Below are positions 23,502 through 31,681 of a stretch of DNA of 31,681 bases, one piece after another. The position numbers and the translations under genes are program-made. The DNA is from Minisyncoccota bacterium (GTDB lineage Bacteria; Patescibacteriota; Minisyncoccia; Phycocordibacterales; UBA9973): NCBI GenBank assembly GCA_035438645.1, contig DAORIU010000001.1, forward strand, positions 1 through 31,681, written 5' to 3'. Each line of letters starts with the position of its first letter. Position 1 is the stretch's first letter. The notes below the pieces were generated by a model that was given only the letters and a program-made list of their open reading frames with translations, had not been told where the DNA came from and searched no databases.

Positions 23502-25016
23502 ATGAACACTAAAACTATCCCTTCATTTGTTTCACATGTAACACAAAGGCTTCAAGAAGCCGGTTTTGAAGCATACCTTGTTGGTGGCTGTGTTAGAGAT
23601 CTTTTGACCGCCAGAGTACCTAAAGACTGGGATGTCACAACAAATGCTAAGCCAGAAGAAATACAGAATGTTTTCAAAGACCTCAAAAATGTTTACGAAA
23701 ACAACTTTGGAACAGTCACAGTTGTTAATATTACCCCAGATAGAGCTTCACGCTTGTCCTCTGAAGCCTTGGCGAAGGAGGATGAAACACCCAAAGAAGA
23801 GGTTCAGGTGACTACATACCGATCAGAGGCCGGTTATTCAGACAATAGGCGTCCAGATAGTGTTTCATATGAAACACTACTAGAAAAAGACCTCGAAAGA
23901 CGTGATTTTACTATGAACGCTATCGCATATGACCCTATAAAAGACAGTATAAAGGACATATTTGGAGGTATAAAGGACATAAAAGACAAAAGTATAAAAT
24001 GTGTCCTTGATCCAGATACACGCTTCGGAGAAGACGCACTACGCATCATGAGAGCTATAAGGTTTTCCACAACTTTGGGTTTTTCTATAGAAAACGCTAC
24101 ATTTGAAGCCATCCTCAAAAAAGCGGACTCTATAACAAATATCTCTGCCGAAAGAGTGCGTGATGAATTTATGAAAATAATAGACTCTAATGCTCCAGCA
24201 GTAGGAATAGATATGCTCCAGAAAACTGGGCTTTTGAAACATATCATCCCTGAACTAGAAGAGGGCATAGGTTGTGACCAAAAAGGTGCTCACATATACG
24301 ACGTCTACCAGCACTTGTTACACGCTCTGCAACACTCTGCCGACAAAGGCTTTTCTCGTGCTATACGTCTTTCGGCTCTTTTTCATGACATCGGCAAGCC
24401 GGCCACACGTAGATACGATGCCAAGAAAGACAAATACACCTTTTTTGGTCATGAGGTAGTAGGGGCTCGTATGACCAAAAAGATCCTAGAGAGGCTCAAG
24501 GTTGATCGTGGTACAGCGGATTTGGTAGTTTCACTAGTGCGAAATCACATGTTTTTCTCTGATACTGAACAAATAACACTTTCAGCGGTTAGAAGAATTA
24601 TTCAAAAGGTTGGACCAGAACATATTTGGGAGCTTATGCAGGTGCGTGAATCTGACAGGGTAGGGATGAAAAAGGCCGAAGCTCCATATAGACTACGCAA
24701 ATACCACGCGATGATCGACGAAGCACTCAGAGATCCTATATCGGTTTCACAGCTTGCTATAGATGGTACCTACCTTATGGAACAGTTACACATGAAACCA
24801 GGACCTCGTATGGGCTGGATTCTTCACGCACTCCTTGAAGAAGTCCTCGAAGACCCCTCGCTCAATACCGTAGAAAAACTGACAGGGCGAGTAAAAGACC
24901 TGGACGAGCTTGAAGATAAAGACCTAAAAACGCTAGGGGAGAAAGGTAAGGATAAAAAGGAAAATCTAGACCAAGAAGAGGTGAAGAAACTCAGAAGTAA
25001 GCACAATGTAAAATAA
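23502..25016 (+). CDS. cca: Class II CCA-adding tRNA nucleotidyltransferase with HD domain
   Basis: VGGCVRD, DWDVTT, RRDFTMNA, RFGEDALRIMRAIRF, ERVRDE, ALFHDIGKP, HEVVGA. The four tRNAs here lack an encoded CCA, which favours a CCA-adding role over poly(A) polymerase. Confidence 0.9.
   Translation: MNTKTIPSFVSHVTQRLQEAGFEAYLVGGCVRDLLTARVPKDWDVTTNAKPEEIQNVFKDLKNVYENNFGTVTVVNITPDRASRLSSEALAKEDETPKEEVQVTTYRSEAGYSDNRRPDSVSYETLLEKDLERRDFTMNAIAYDPIKDSIKDIFGGIKDIKDKSIKCVLDPDTRFGEDALRIMRAIRFSTTLGFSIENATFEAILKKADSITNISAERVRDEFMKIIDSNAPAVGIDMLQKTGLLKHIIPELEEGIGCDQKGAHIYDVYQHLLHALQHSADKGFSRAIRLSALFHDIGKPATRRYDAKKDKYTFFGHEVVGARMTKKILERLKVDRGTADLVVSLVRNHMFFSDTEQITLSAVRRIIQKVGPEHIWELMQVRESDRVGMKKAEAPYRLRKYHAMIDEALRDPISVSQLAIDGTYLMEQLHMKPGPRMGWILHALLEEVLEDPSLNTVEKLTGRVKDLDELEDKDLKTLGEKGKDKKENLDQEEVKKLRSKHNVK
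23753..23782 (-). repeat. REP-like palindrome inside the cca coding sequence
   Basis: Reverse complement tcctccttcgccaaggcttcagaggacaag; the plus strand encodes (R)LSSEALAKED. Confidence 0.55.
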
Positions 25017-25039
25017 AAAACCACCCGAAAGGGTGGTTT
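25015..25039. terminator. Terminator after cca
   Basis: aaaaaaccaccc-gaaa-gggtggttt. Confidence 0.85.
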
Positions 25040-25063
25040 GGCGACTTTTGAGTTCAATGCTTA

Positions 25064-25453
25064 TTAGTTATAGACTGGCACTTTTTCTTTTTGATATAAC
25101 GAATAAGCCTTGCGGGAGAGCTCTGAGTTAAACGCCAAAAGCTTATCGAGCATTGTCATATAACATAAGCGAGCACTTGATTTGTTTTGGTCATAAAAAA
25201 CAGCAAAGGCTTTTTCCATGCTAGACAAATCCTCTGATAACAAAAACAGAAAATCAGCAACCTGCCCGTGAAGCCTGCCTGCTGAAGCCCCTTCTAAAAC
25301 AATACTGGCACTATAAAGCTCCTGCTTGTAATAACGCAAAGCCTTTCTCATCAACTTTTGTTCAGAGCGTGGGACCCTTTTTTGCCCTAAAAAGTTTTGC
25401 CAAAAACTAACCAGCTCAGGCTTAACTCGTATAGTCGGTGGATTATTTTTCAT
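25064..25453 (-). CDS. Hypothetical helical protein (129 aa)
   Basis: ORF between two terminators with a TAAGAT box upstream; no family recognised. Confidence 0.6.
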   Translation of the reverse strand: MKNNPPTIRVKPELVSFWQNFLGQKRVPRSEQKLMRKALRYYKQELYSASIVLEGASAGRLHGQVADFLFLLSEDLSSMEKAFAVFYDQNKSSARLCYMTMLDKLLAFNSELSRKAYSLYQKEKVPVYN

Positions 25454-25592
25454 GATCTGATTTTTCTTAATCTTACACCAATTAAAAAAATAATAAAATT
25501 AAAAAAACAAAAAGCCCTCCCCTTATTTATTTACGAAATATTTCGGGGGAGGGCGGCTTAAAAACGGCTTACTGTGCCGTATCTTTAGCATC

Positions 25593-25835
25593 TTAGATCC
25601 GGGCGTTGGTTGTCATTCTCCTTACCCTTTTTTGATAGGAATCTCTCAGCAGTCCTTTTATGAAGAAGACTATGAGAAGAAGGGCATCAATGGTGACAAT
25701 CACCCAGCTAACTATGGTTAGAAATCTGAATATGTCTTCTTTTTTTGGGAAAAAATGCTTAAACGCACTGGGAACAAAAACAAAAGTTATTGTTGTACAC
25801 AGTAGTACTATAAAAAGAACGGAGTATCTCTTCAT
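25593..25835 (-). CDS. Small two-TM membrane protein (80 aa)
   Basis: Two hydrophobic helices and a basic tail; TGnTACAAT upstream and a hairpin (25512-25559) downstream. Confidence 0.65.
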   Translation of the reverse strand: MKRYSVLFIVLLCTTITFVFVPSAFKHFFPKKEDIFRFLTIVSWVIVTIDALLLIVFFIKGLLRDSYQKRVRRMTTNARI

Positions 25836-25875
25836 AAGATTTTGATTTATGGTTCTTTTTTATTGTAACACAAAA

Positions 25876-26649
25876 TTAGTTTAAATCAAGCTCTATCAAA
25901 ATAGGGCAGTGATCAGAGCCATAGTAGTCGGAGAGAGTTTGGAAGCTTTTGATTTTTGGAAAAATATCTTCTGTACAGAAAAAATAATCTATCCTCCAGC
26001 CGACATTTCGCTCTCTAGCGCGAGTCTTTTGATCCCAATATGTATAGACATCTTTTTCTTCTGGATTAAAAGCACGATACACATCTATCCACCCCTTCTT
26101 TACAAGCTTATCCATCCAGGCGCGCTCAACAGGCAAAAAACCGGTATTTTCTACATTTTCCTTTGGCCTTGCCAAGTCTATTTCATTGTGAGCAGTATTT
26201 ACATCACCGCAAAATATAACAGGCTTTTTCTTTTTGAGTTTTTCTACAAAAGAAAGAAATGCATCATAAAAACGCAGTTTATAATCAAGCCTCTCTGGAC
26301 CACCGCCACCGTTAGGGAAGTAGCAAGTGATAAGATAAAAATCTTCATACTCTGAGACGATAGTGCGACCCTCAGCATCGAACTCTTCTACTCCAAAACC
26401 AGGCTTTGAAGAAATAGGCTCTTCTTTACTATATATGGCCACACCACTGTAGCCCTTGCGTGTACGACAAGGAGAAAGGGTTAGGTGGTAGGAACGGAAA
26501 TTTTTTAAATCTTCTGACAATTGATCAAGTTCGCTCTTGGTTTCCTGCAAACACACTATATCTGGTTTGTATTTATCAAAAAGAGGCTCAAAATATCCTT
26601 GTTTTGCTGTGGCGCGTAGGCCATTGGTATTCCAGGAAACGATTTTCAT
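25876..26649 (-). CDS. xth: Exodeoxyribonuclease III / AP endonuclease
   Basis: MKIVSWNTNGLRA, DIVCLQETK, GYSGVA, EGR, YFPNG, CGDVNTAH, YTYWD, GWRIDYF, GSDHCP. Confidence 0.97.
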   Translation of the reverse strand: MKIVSWNTNGLRATAKQGYFEPLFDKYKPDIVCLQETKSELDQLSEDLKNFRSYHLTLSPCRTRKGYSGVAIYSKEEPISSKPGFGVEEFDAEGRTIVSEYEDFYLITCYFPNGGGGPERLDYKLRFYDAFLSFVEKLKKKKPVIFCGDVNTAHNEIDLARPKENVENTGFLPVERAWMDKLVKKGWIDVYRAFNPEEKDVYTYWDQKTRARERNVGWRIDYFFCTEDIFPKIKSFQTLSDYYGSDHCPILIELDLN

Positions 26650-26724
26650 ATAACTATTATACAGACCCTACTTCGCTAGTCTACTTCGCTGAATCTATGA
26701 AGATAAGAGAAGGCTACGCAGGGT

Positions 26725-26755
26725 AAAAAAGAAAGCCATCCGGGAAGGATGGCTT
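26725..26755 (-). terminator. Terminator upstream of xth
   Basis: Minus strand aagccatcc-ttcc-cggatggctttctttttt. Confidence 0.75.
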
Positions 26756-27062
26756 GAGAGTTTGCCCAAAAGGGCTATATAAGTTTAGAGTTGTTTTTTG
26801 CGTTTTTATTGCAAGTTGTTGAAAGAACAATATTTTTAAAGAGTAAGTTTCTTTATGTTTACTTTAGCTACCGAAGTAACTAGTGTTTTGCCTGTGAGGC
26901 ATATATCGATGCAAGCACCGAATTAAAAAATATTTTTTGTTGTTGCTTGCGCAAAAACTGACGAGTCTTTTTGCTAAGCGAAAGATCATCTGTGTTTATT
27001 ATACATCAATAAAATTTTTGCAACAACAGTGGATAACCTTTCGACGCAACTCAAGGTAAGCC

Positions 27063-27102
27063 AAAAACAAAAACCCCTCCTTTTAAAAAGGAGGGTTGTT
27101 TT
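27063..27102. terminator. Terminator after the 27114 membrane gene
   Basis: aaaacccctccttt-taa-aaaggagggttgtttt. Confidence 0.75.
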
Positions 27103-27113
27103 AAATTTCATTT

Positions 27114-27569
27114 TTAACCAAACATTCTTGGTCGCGGCACCTTTTTAGGTCCTAAAAACCTATAAGCCAACAAAATAAAAATTATCGGGAAAAATAGTTT
27201 GATGGACCATCGCAACAAAACAATGCAAATGGTGTTAAACCTGAAAAATGACTGCTCATTATCAGGATCAGTCCAATTGTTGGGGTCTTTTTGGCCGTAT
27301 GAAACCTTTTTAGGAAGATTTAGCAAGGTTTGCATCCAGGATGGTGTTTCAATATCAGTGCGATACCGATGCCATCCATATCCAGGCTCTAAATAGCCAT
27401 ACGTCTTTTTTACCCCAAGAATGTTTCGAAAAATAGGATTATCTCCCGATACTATCTTGCCGTCACCAGGAACGTTCTTATTGAATGAATCTACCATTTG
27501 ATAGATTGAGCCTACAACCATAAATAGTAGGCTTAAAACGATAATTAAATTCTTAATGATATTTTTCAT
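27114..27569 (-). CDS. Two-TM membrane protein with an extracytoplasmic loop
   Basis: MKNIIKNLIIVLSLLFMVVG...IVLLRWSIKLFFPIIFILLAY; start at ATG 27569. Confidence 0.7.
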   Translation of the reverse strand: MKNIIKNLIIVLSLLFMVVGSIYQMVDSFNKNVPGDGKIVSGDNPIFRNILGVKKTYGYLEPGYGWHRYRTDIETPSWMQTLLNLPKKVSYGQKDPNNWTDPDNEQSFFRFNTICIVLLRWSIKLFFPIIFILLAYRFLGPKKVPRPRMFG

Positions 27570-27648
27570 ATTTAAAGTTGATTGTTTACCAAAAATCCCA
27601 CAAAAAATCTTTGGCAAACAATCAACTTTTTATAAAGAACTACTTTGT

Positions 27649-27677
27649 ATAATAGCAGAGAAAGTGATTTATGTCAA
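27649..27677 (-). promoter_or_regulatory. sigma70 promoter TTGACA-N14-TGC-TATTAT
   Basis: Consensus -35, 17-nt spacer and extended -10. Confidence 0.7.
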
Positions 27678-27743
27678 GTTTTTATATAACAAAAAAGCCC
27701 CGGTCTTTCGACACAGGGCTCTCACTAATCACTCTTCACAAAA

Positions 27744-28454
27744 TCATTGCTTCTGATCTTTTACCTCAACCGGCGCATCTTTCACCTCAGGATTTTCCTT
27801 TTTCGGTTCCCAGATATCAGCAGTCCATGAGCCATCAGAGCCCGCCTTAAATGTTCCGCCATTTTCTTTTATAAGCTTCATCAGCTCAGAAGCAGTTGGC
27901 GGTACAGTATGGTGAGGAGTAGAAGGTGCCGGTGCAGGAGGATAGATGAAAAACGGGGTTGTAGCAGGTGCCACAGGAGGAGTTGCTGTATTTCTACTCA
28001 AAAAATACAGGATAATACCCAACGCAACCAAAGCCACAAATCCCCAGAATATCCATTCTCCAGAACGATCAGCAGGAGGATCTGACGGGCTTTTCTGTTC
28101 AAAGCTCAGACCATCCAGGAATCCTTCGTACCTACCTTTCCAGTAATGACTATCGGCATTTTTCTGATAAAAATCAGATATCTGCCGTAAATATTCATAC
28201 TGGTAATATTCTCTCCCGTACCAGGTGCTATACCATGCCCTACCGTTATTTTTCTTGGAGCCAGAAGGCGCGGGCGGATAAACGTTGATGGTATTATTCA
28301 CCCCATTATTTACCGCCGGTTCAATAGGATAATCAACAGAGGCGGGGGTAGTATTAACCACATTCACACTGCTCTCTTTTTGAGGGGTAGTGGATTGTGC
28401 AGAAACATAGGAAATCATAAGGGACATCAGTCCCAAAAACATAATTTTCTTCAT
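27744..28454 (-). CDS. Signal peptide plus single-TM protein with a Pro-rich cytoplasmic tail
   Basis: MKKIMFLGLMSLMISYVSA-Q, a Tyr/Trp-rich segment, TM WIFWGFVALVALGIILYFL, then PPVAPATTP..PPAPAP. Confidence 0.75.
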   Translation of the reverse strand: MKKIMFLGLMSLMISYVSAQSTTPQKESSVNVVNTTPASVDYPIEPAVNNGVNNTINVYPPAPSGSKKNNGRAWYSTWYGREYYQYEYLRQISDFYQKNADSHYWKGRYEGFLDGLSFEQKSPSDPPADRSGEWIFWGFVALVALGIILYFLSRNTATPPVAPATTPFFIYPPAPAPSTPHHTVPPTASELMKLIKENGGTFKAGSDGSWTADIWEPKKENPEVKDAPVEVKDQKQ

Positions 28455-28535
28455 TGTTAATTGATTTTGTTTTTAAAAGATCAGTCCACTTGTATTTAGG
28501 CGGGACTAGTTTTGTGCCGTTTTGTATTTAAATAT

Positions 28536-28564
28536 ATAATAGCATATTTTGAGCTAAATGTCAA
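28536..28564 (-). promoter_or_regulatory. sigma70 promoter TTGACA-N14-TGC-TATTAT
   Basis: Same architecture as 27649-27677; overlaps the Xer stop region. Confidence 0.7.
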
Positions 28565-28565
28565 G

Positions 28566-29480
28566 TTATCTTTTGCTATGAAACCTCTTGTGTACGTCAC
28601 GAAGTTGTTTGTCTGTCACATGGGTATATACCTGAGTTGTCGCAATATTTGCGTGCCCAAGCATCATTTGCACAGAACGAATATCAGCGCCATTTGAAAG
28701 GAGATCGGTAGCAAAAGAGTGGCGAAGTACGTGAGGAGTAACCTTTTTGGAAATACCAGCTTTGATAGCATAGTGCTTTACGATGCGCTCGATAGAACGG
28801 GGAGTAAGTCTGCGATCTGCGCGACTAACACCGTTGATAGCTACATCGACAAACATTGGCTCATCCATATCTTTGCGGGCCTTGAGATAAGACTTGATGG
28901 CTTCTTTGGCATCCTCAGAAAGGAAAACCACACGCACTTTTTCACCTTTTCCACGGATAGAGAATTCATCTTTGGAAAGATCTAGATCTCTATTTAGTGA
29001 GCAAAGCTCAGACAAACGAAGACCTGTAGAGAAAAATAATTCTATCAAAGCTTTGTCTCTCAAGCCTTTGAGTGTAGCGGTGTCTGGAGCTTTAAGTAGT
29101 CGAGAGAGTTCGTCAGTAGAGATGAGGTCAAGGTGTCTTGCGCCTGTTTTGGCAAGCTCTATAACATCAGGAGAGGTAGCAGAGATATTTCTCTTTTTGC
29201 AAAACTTCAAAAAGCTTCGTAGCGCTATCATATAATAGTTTTGAGTGTTTTTTTTCATAGTACCAGCAGACTGACCGCGTACTTTGACCCCTGGAGCACG
29301 GTTAAGCTTGAGGCGAAACTCGCGCAAGATGTCTTCAGAAATATCTCCCACACTTTTGATACTCATGTCGAGCGCAAAACGAGAAAGATAGTGATCATAA
29401 TTTTCAACAGTCTTGAGACTTCGCCCTTTTTCTATTTCTATATATTCTAGAAACTGCCTTTTGGCATCATTAAATAGCAT
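28566..29480 (-). CDS. XerC/XerD-family tyrosine recombinase
   Basis: SAM-like N-domain (SLKTVENY), [54 protein letters not shown] (R-K-H-R-H-Y all present). Confidence 0.95.
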   Translation of the reverse strand: MLFNDAKRQFLEYIEIEKGRSLKTVENYDHYLSRFALDMSIKSVGDISEDILREFRLKLNRAPGVKVRGQSAGTMKKNTQNYYMIALRSFLKFCKKRNISATSPDVIELAKTGARHLDLISTDELSRLLKAPDTATLKGLRDKALIELFFSTGLRLSELCSLNRDLDLSKDEFSIRGKGEKVRVVFLSEDAKEAIKSYLKARKDMDEPMFVDVAINGVSRADRRLTPRSIERIVKHYAIKAGISKKVTPHVLRHSFATDLLSNGADIRSVQMMLGHANIATTQVYTHVTDKQLRDVHKRFHSKR

Positions 29481-29561
29481 ATATATAGTATACAGTGTCG
29501 CAAAACAATAAACACTGCAAGGCTATTGCATTTTTTTGGTATTTATGTTATGATGACTATT

Positions 29562-29822
29562 ATGTTAACAAGCAAGAAAAAACAGGCAATTATCAAAAAA
29601 CACCAAATTCACGACAAGGACACTGGTAGCAAGGTTGTTCAAGTTGGTGTGCTTTCTGAAACTATCGACAAACTAGCCGATCATCTCAAGAAACACAAGA
29701 AAGATAATCACTCTCGAAGAGGACTTATCAAGATGGTAGCAGACCGAAGAAGTCACTTGAAAGCATTAGAGAAAAGCAATCCAAAGCAACACGCTGCCGC
29801 TCTAAAAATAGTAAAACAATAA
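29562..29822 (+). CDS. rpsO: 30S ribosomal protein S15
   Basis: [42 protein letters not shown]; start at ATG 29562. Confidence 0.96.
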   Translation: MLTSKKKQAIIKKHQIHDKDTGSKVVQVGVLSETIDKLADHLKKHKKDNHSRRGLIKMVADRRSHLKALEKSNPKQHAAALKIVKQ

Positions 29823-29830
29823 TAAATGAT

Positions 29831-29863
29831 TAATAAAATCTCTCCGAGCGAGAGATTTTATTA
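29831..29863. terminator. Terminator after rpsO
   Basis: taataaaatctctc-cgagc-gagagattttatta. Confidence 0.8.
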
Positions 29864-29989
29864 ATTTGAGTTATACTTAATTACATATGGTTCACGTACA
29901 AAACTGTACGCTGACCATTGGAGCTTCGAAACTCTATTATTTACATAATATAAAAAACAGGAAAAATAATTTAACCTGTTTCGTACGTG

Positions 29990-30502
29990 ATGGCAATTAT
30001 AAAACAAAAAGAGCAACGTGTAGGAGTATTTATAGATACTCAAAACCTTTATCACACTGCAAAAAATTTATATAAGAAAAAAGTAAACTTTGGAGCTGTC
30101 CTCAAAGATGCTGTAGCGGGCAGAGGACTTATCAGAGCTATCGCATATGTCATAACAACAGAAAACGAAGACGAAAAAGCTTTTTTGGGAGCTCTCGGTA
30201 AGGCTGGTATAGAAACCAAAGCCAAGGACCTGCAAATATTTTATGATGGAAGCAAAAAAGCTGATTGGGATATTGGTCTGGCAATAGACGCTGTGACTAT
30301 GGCGCCCAAGCTTGATGCTATCGTTATAGTCTCTGGCGATGGGGACTTTGTACCACTTTGTAACTTTTTGCGTTATCACCATGGAGTACAAGTAGAAGTT
30401 ATGACATTTGGCAAAAGTGCATCAGCGACTCTCAAGGACGTAGCCGATGAATTTATAGATCTCTCTGCAAACCCAAAGAAGTATTTGATAGGCTATCACT
30501 AA
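29990..30502 (+). CDS. NYN (LabA/DUF88, PIN-like) domain protein
   Basis: VGVFIDTQNL, KADWDIGLAIDA, IVSGDGDFVPL, S..LK..ADEFIDL. Confidence 0.92.
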   Translation: MAIIKQKEQRVGVFIDTQNLYHTAKNLYKKKVNFGAVLKDAVAGRGLIRAIAYVITTENEDEKAFLGALGKAGIETKAKDLQIFYDGSKKADWDIGLAIDAVTMAPKLDAIVIVSGDGDFVPLCNFLRYHHGVQVEVMTFGKSASATLKDVADEFIDLSANPKKYLIGYH

Positions 30503-30508
30503 AAAATT

Positions 30509-31354
30509 ATGAGCGAACCAGAAACAAAAAAACCCTTAATGCACACCTTTGAACAAGATATGTCAAAGGCTATGGACGCAACTGACGCAAAAGTTGTTCA
30601 GGAGATTTTGGAACGTGGAAGAGAAAAAGAGTTTACCGAAAAAGAAAACTACACCAGAAGAAAACAAAAAGCTTGGTACAAACTAGGTGCTACTGTGTTT
30701 ATAATTTGTGCACTAATATCTTCTGGTTATGCTTTTTATCATTATAAAAACCTGACAGTCACTGCAGAAAAACCAATCTCAATAGGAGTGTTTCCTAGCA
30801 CAGAAGCCATAACTACAAACTCTTCTGATATACGTAAAACCATAGAAACTATCAGAAATGAAGCCGACCTTGAGCAAAACAAGCCATACCTCGTTCCACT
30901 AGTAGAGAGTGCGGAATCCCCAGCGCTTTTAAATGTAAATCAAATCTTTTCTTTTTTTGAATCTGGTGCCAGTGAACCATTTGTTACTTCTTTTAGTATT
31001 GTCCGGCTTGGGGTTATGAATGATGGGGTAGAGAACATTCCTTTTGTTATTGCTGGCGTCAAAGATCCAGAAATAACCAACAAAGAACTTCTCATCGCCG
31101 AAAAGTCACTGCTTCAGTATTTTTATAAAAGTTTAAATATAGATCTGAGTTTACACAAAGAAGAGGTAGGCAAAGGATTTGTTTCAGAATTTTTGTACAA
31201 TGTTCCAATAAAATCTCTCAAGTACAAAGACCCAAGCGGTGCCGAAAAAAACCTCTTTTTCTATGCTCGAGTAACAGACAATGTAGTTGTGTTTACTACC
31301 TCACCAAATGTCCTAAAGTCCATATATGACAGCCTCATAAGACAGGGTCTTTAG
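30509..31354 (+). CDS. Single-pass membrane hypothetical protein
   Basis: Charged N-terminus (HTFEQDMSKA), one TM and a soluble C-domain; starts 6 nt after the NYN stop. Confidence 0.75.
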   Translation: MSEPETKKPLMHTFEQDMSKAMDATDAKVVQEILERGREKEFTEKENYTRRKQKAWYKLGATVFIICALISSGYAFYHYKNLTVTAEKPISIGVFPSTEAITTNSSDIRKTIETIRNEADLEQNKPYLVPLVESAESPALLNVNQIFSFFESGASEPFVTSFSIVRLGVMNDGVENIPFVIAGVKDPEITNKELLIAEKSLLQYFYKSLNIDLSLHKEEVGKGFVSEFLYNVPIKSLKYKDPSGAEKNLFFYARVTDNVVVFTTSPNVLKSIYDSLIRQGL

Positions 31355-31403
31355 GGGCAAAAAAGGGCTTGCTCTTTGGGCTAATCGTGCTACCATAAAG
31401 TCC

Positions 31404-31681
31404 ATGAATACAACAAAGACCAAGGAAATACTGCTCGCAGAACAAACACTCCTAGAAGGAGAGCTTAGCAATATTGCAAGGTTTAACACTGAAACAAATC
31501 AATGGGAAGCTACCCCTGATACTGATCTTATGAACATGTCAGATGATAATGATGCTGCTGATCGATTTGAAGACTTCGAAGAGCGCACAAGCATGCTCAA
31601 AACTCTTCAAGCTCGTCTAACTGATATCAAAGAAGCTATCGCAAAAATGGATTCTGGTTCATATGGAAAGTGTGAAGTTTG
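31404..31681 (+). CDS. DksA/TraR C4 zinc-finger family protein (partial, runs off the window; absent from the ORF track)
   Basis: Translated by hand: MNTTKTKEILLAEQ...SDDNDAADRFEDFEER...I.EAIAKMDSGSYGKCEV. Shows a DxxDxA tip and the YG.C start of the zinc finger. Confidence 0.88.
   Translation, partial: MNTTKTKEILLAEQTLLEGELSNIARFNTETNQWEATPDTDLMNMSDDNDAADRFEDFEERTSMLKTLQARLTDIKEAIAKMDSGSYGKCEV

Noticed and set aside
26958-26983. Hammerhead ribozyme-like core CTGACGA...GAAA
   Set aside because: Stem II cannot form between CTGACGA and GAAA beyond two pairs. The motif is simply the loop of an A/T-stem hairpin, and no stem I/III with an NUH site was found.
26760-26990. tmRNA or tag-reading-frame candidate
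   Set aside because: No tRNA-like GGGGCTG/TCCACCA ends and no tag ending in Ala-Ala.
28566-29480. Tyrosine recombinase as an integron integrase for the single-gene units
   Set aside because: It lacks the IntI-specific insertion before the HxLRH motif and sits in a housekeeping context next to rpsO. No attC-like RYYYAAC...GTTRRRY sites were seen.
1-31681. CRISPR array, rRNA, IS transposase, prophage, alternative genetic code
   Set aside because: No regularly spaced repeat-spacer pattern, rRNA-like segment, DDE/HUH transposase or phage structural gene was seen. Conserved genes translate intact in code 11, so there is no sign of UGA recoding.

Overview
An AT-rich bacterial chromosomal window. 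The gene inventory points to a Patescibacteria/CPR (probably Parcubacteria) genome; this is inferred, not confirmed by a search. The housekeeping backbone is pilB/gspE, nusA, ppa, tig, clpP, rny, a VirD4/TraD-like ATPase, hup, yraN, four tRNAs (Gly-TCC, Pro-TGG, Gly-GCC, Arg-TCG), cca, xth, a Xer recombinase, rpsO, a NYN protein and a partial dksA-like gene. Single-gene accessory units are interspersed, most with their own sigma70 promoter and terminator: a lipoprotein, an orphan LpxC-like deacetylase, a divergent ClpP-like protein, a fatty acid desaturase flanked by two atypical receiver-like proteins, and small membrane proteins. The strongest unexplained signals are: (1) a structured ~140-nt element with compensatory base changes downstream of two different tRNAs, one copy ending in a duplicate of the tRNA 3' end, next to an HTH-LAGLIDADG-like gene; (2) an orphan LpxC homolog with its metal and catalytic residues retained; (3) two unrelated ~0.9-kb gene units bounded by matching hairpin sequences; (4) a REP-like palindrome apparently inserted in frame in the CCA-adding enzyme; (5) many core genes that look leaderless. 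No CRISPR array, rRNA or transposase was seen. All alignments were done by eye.
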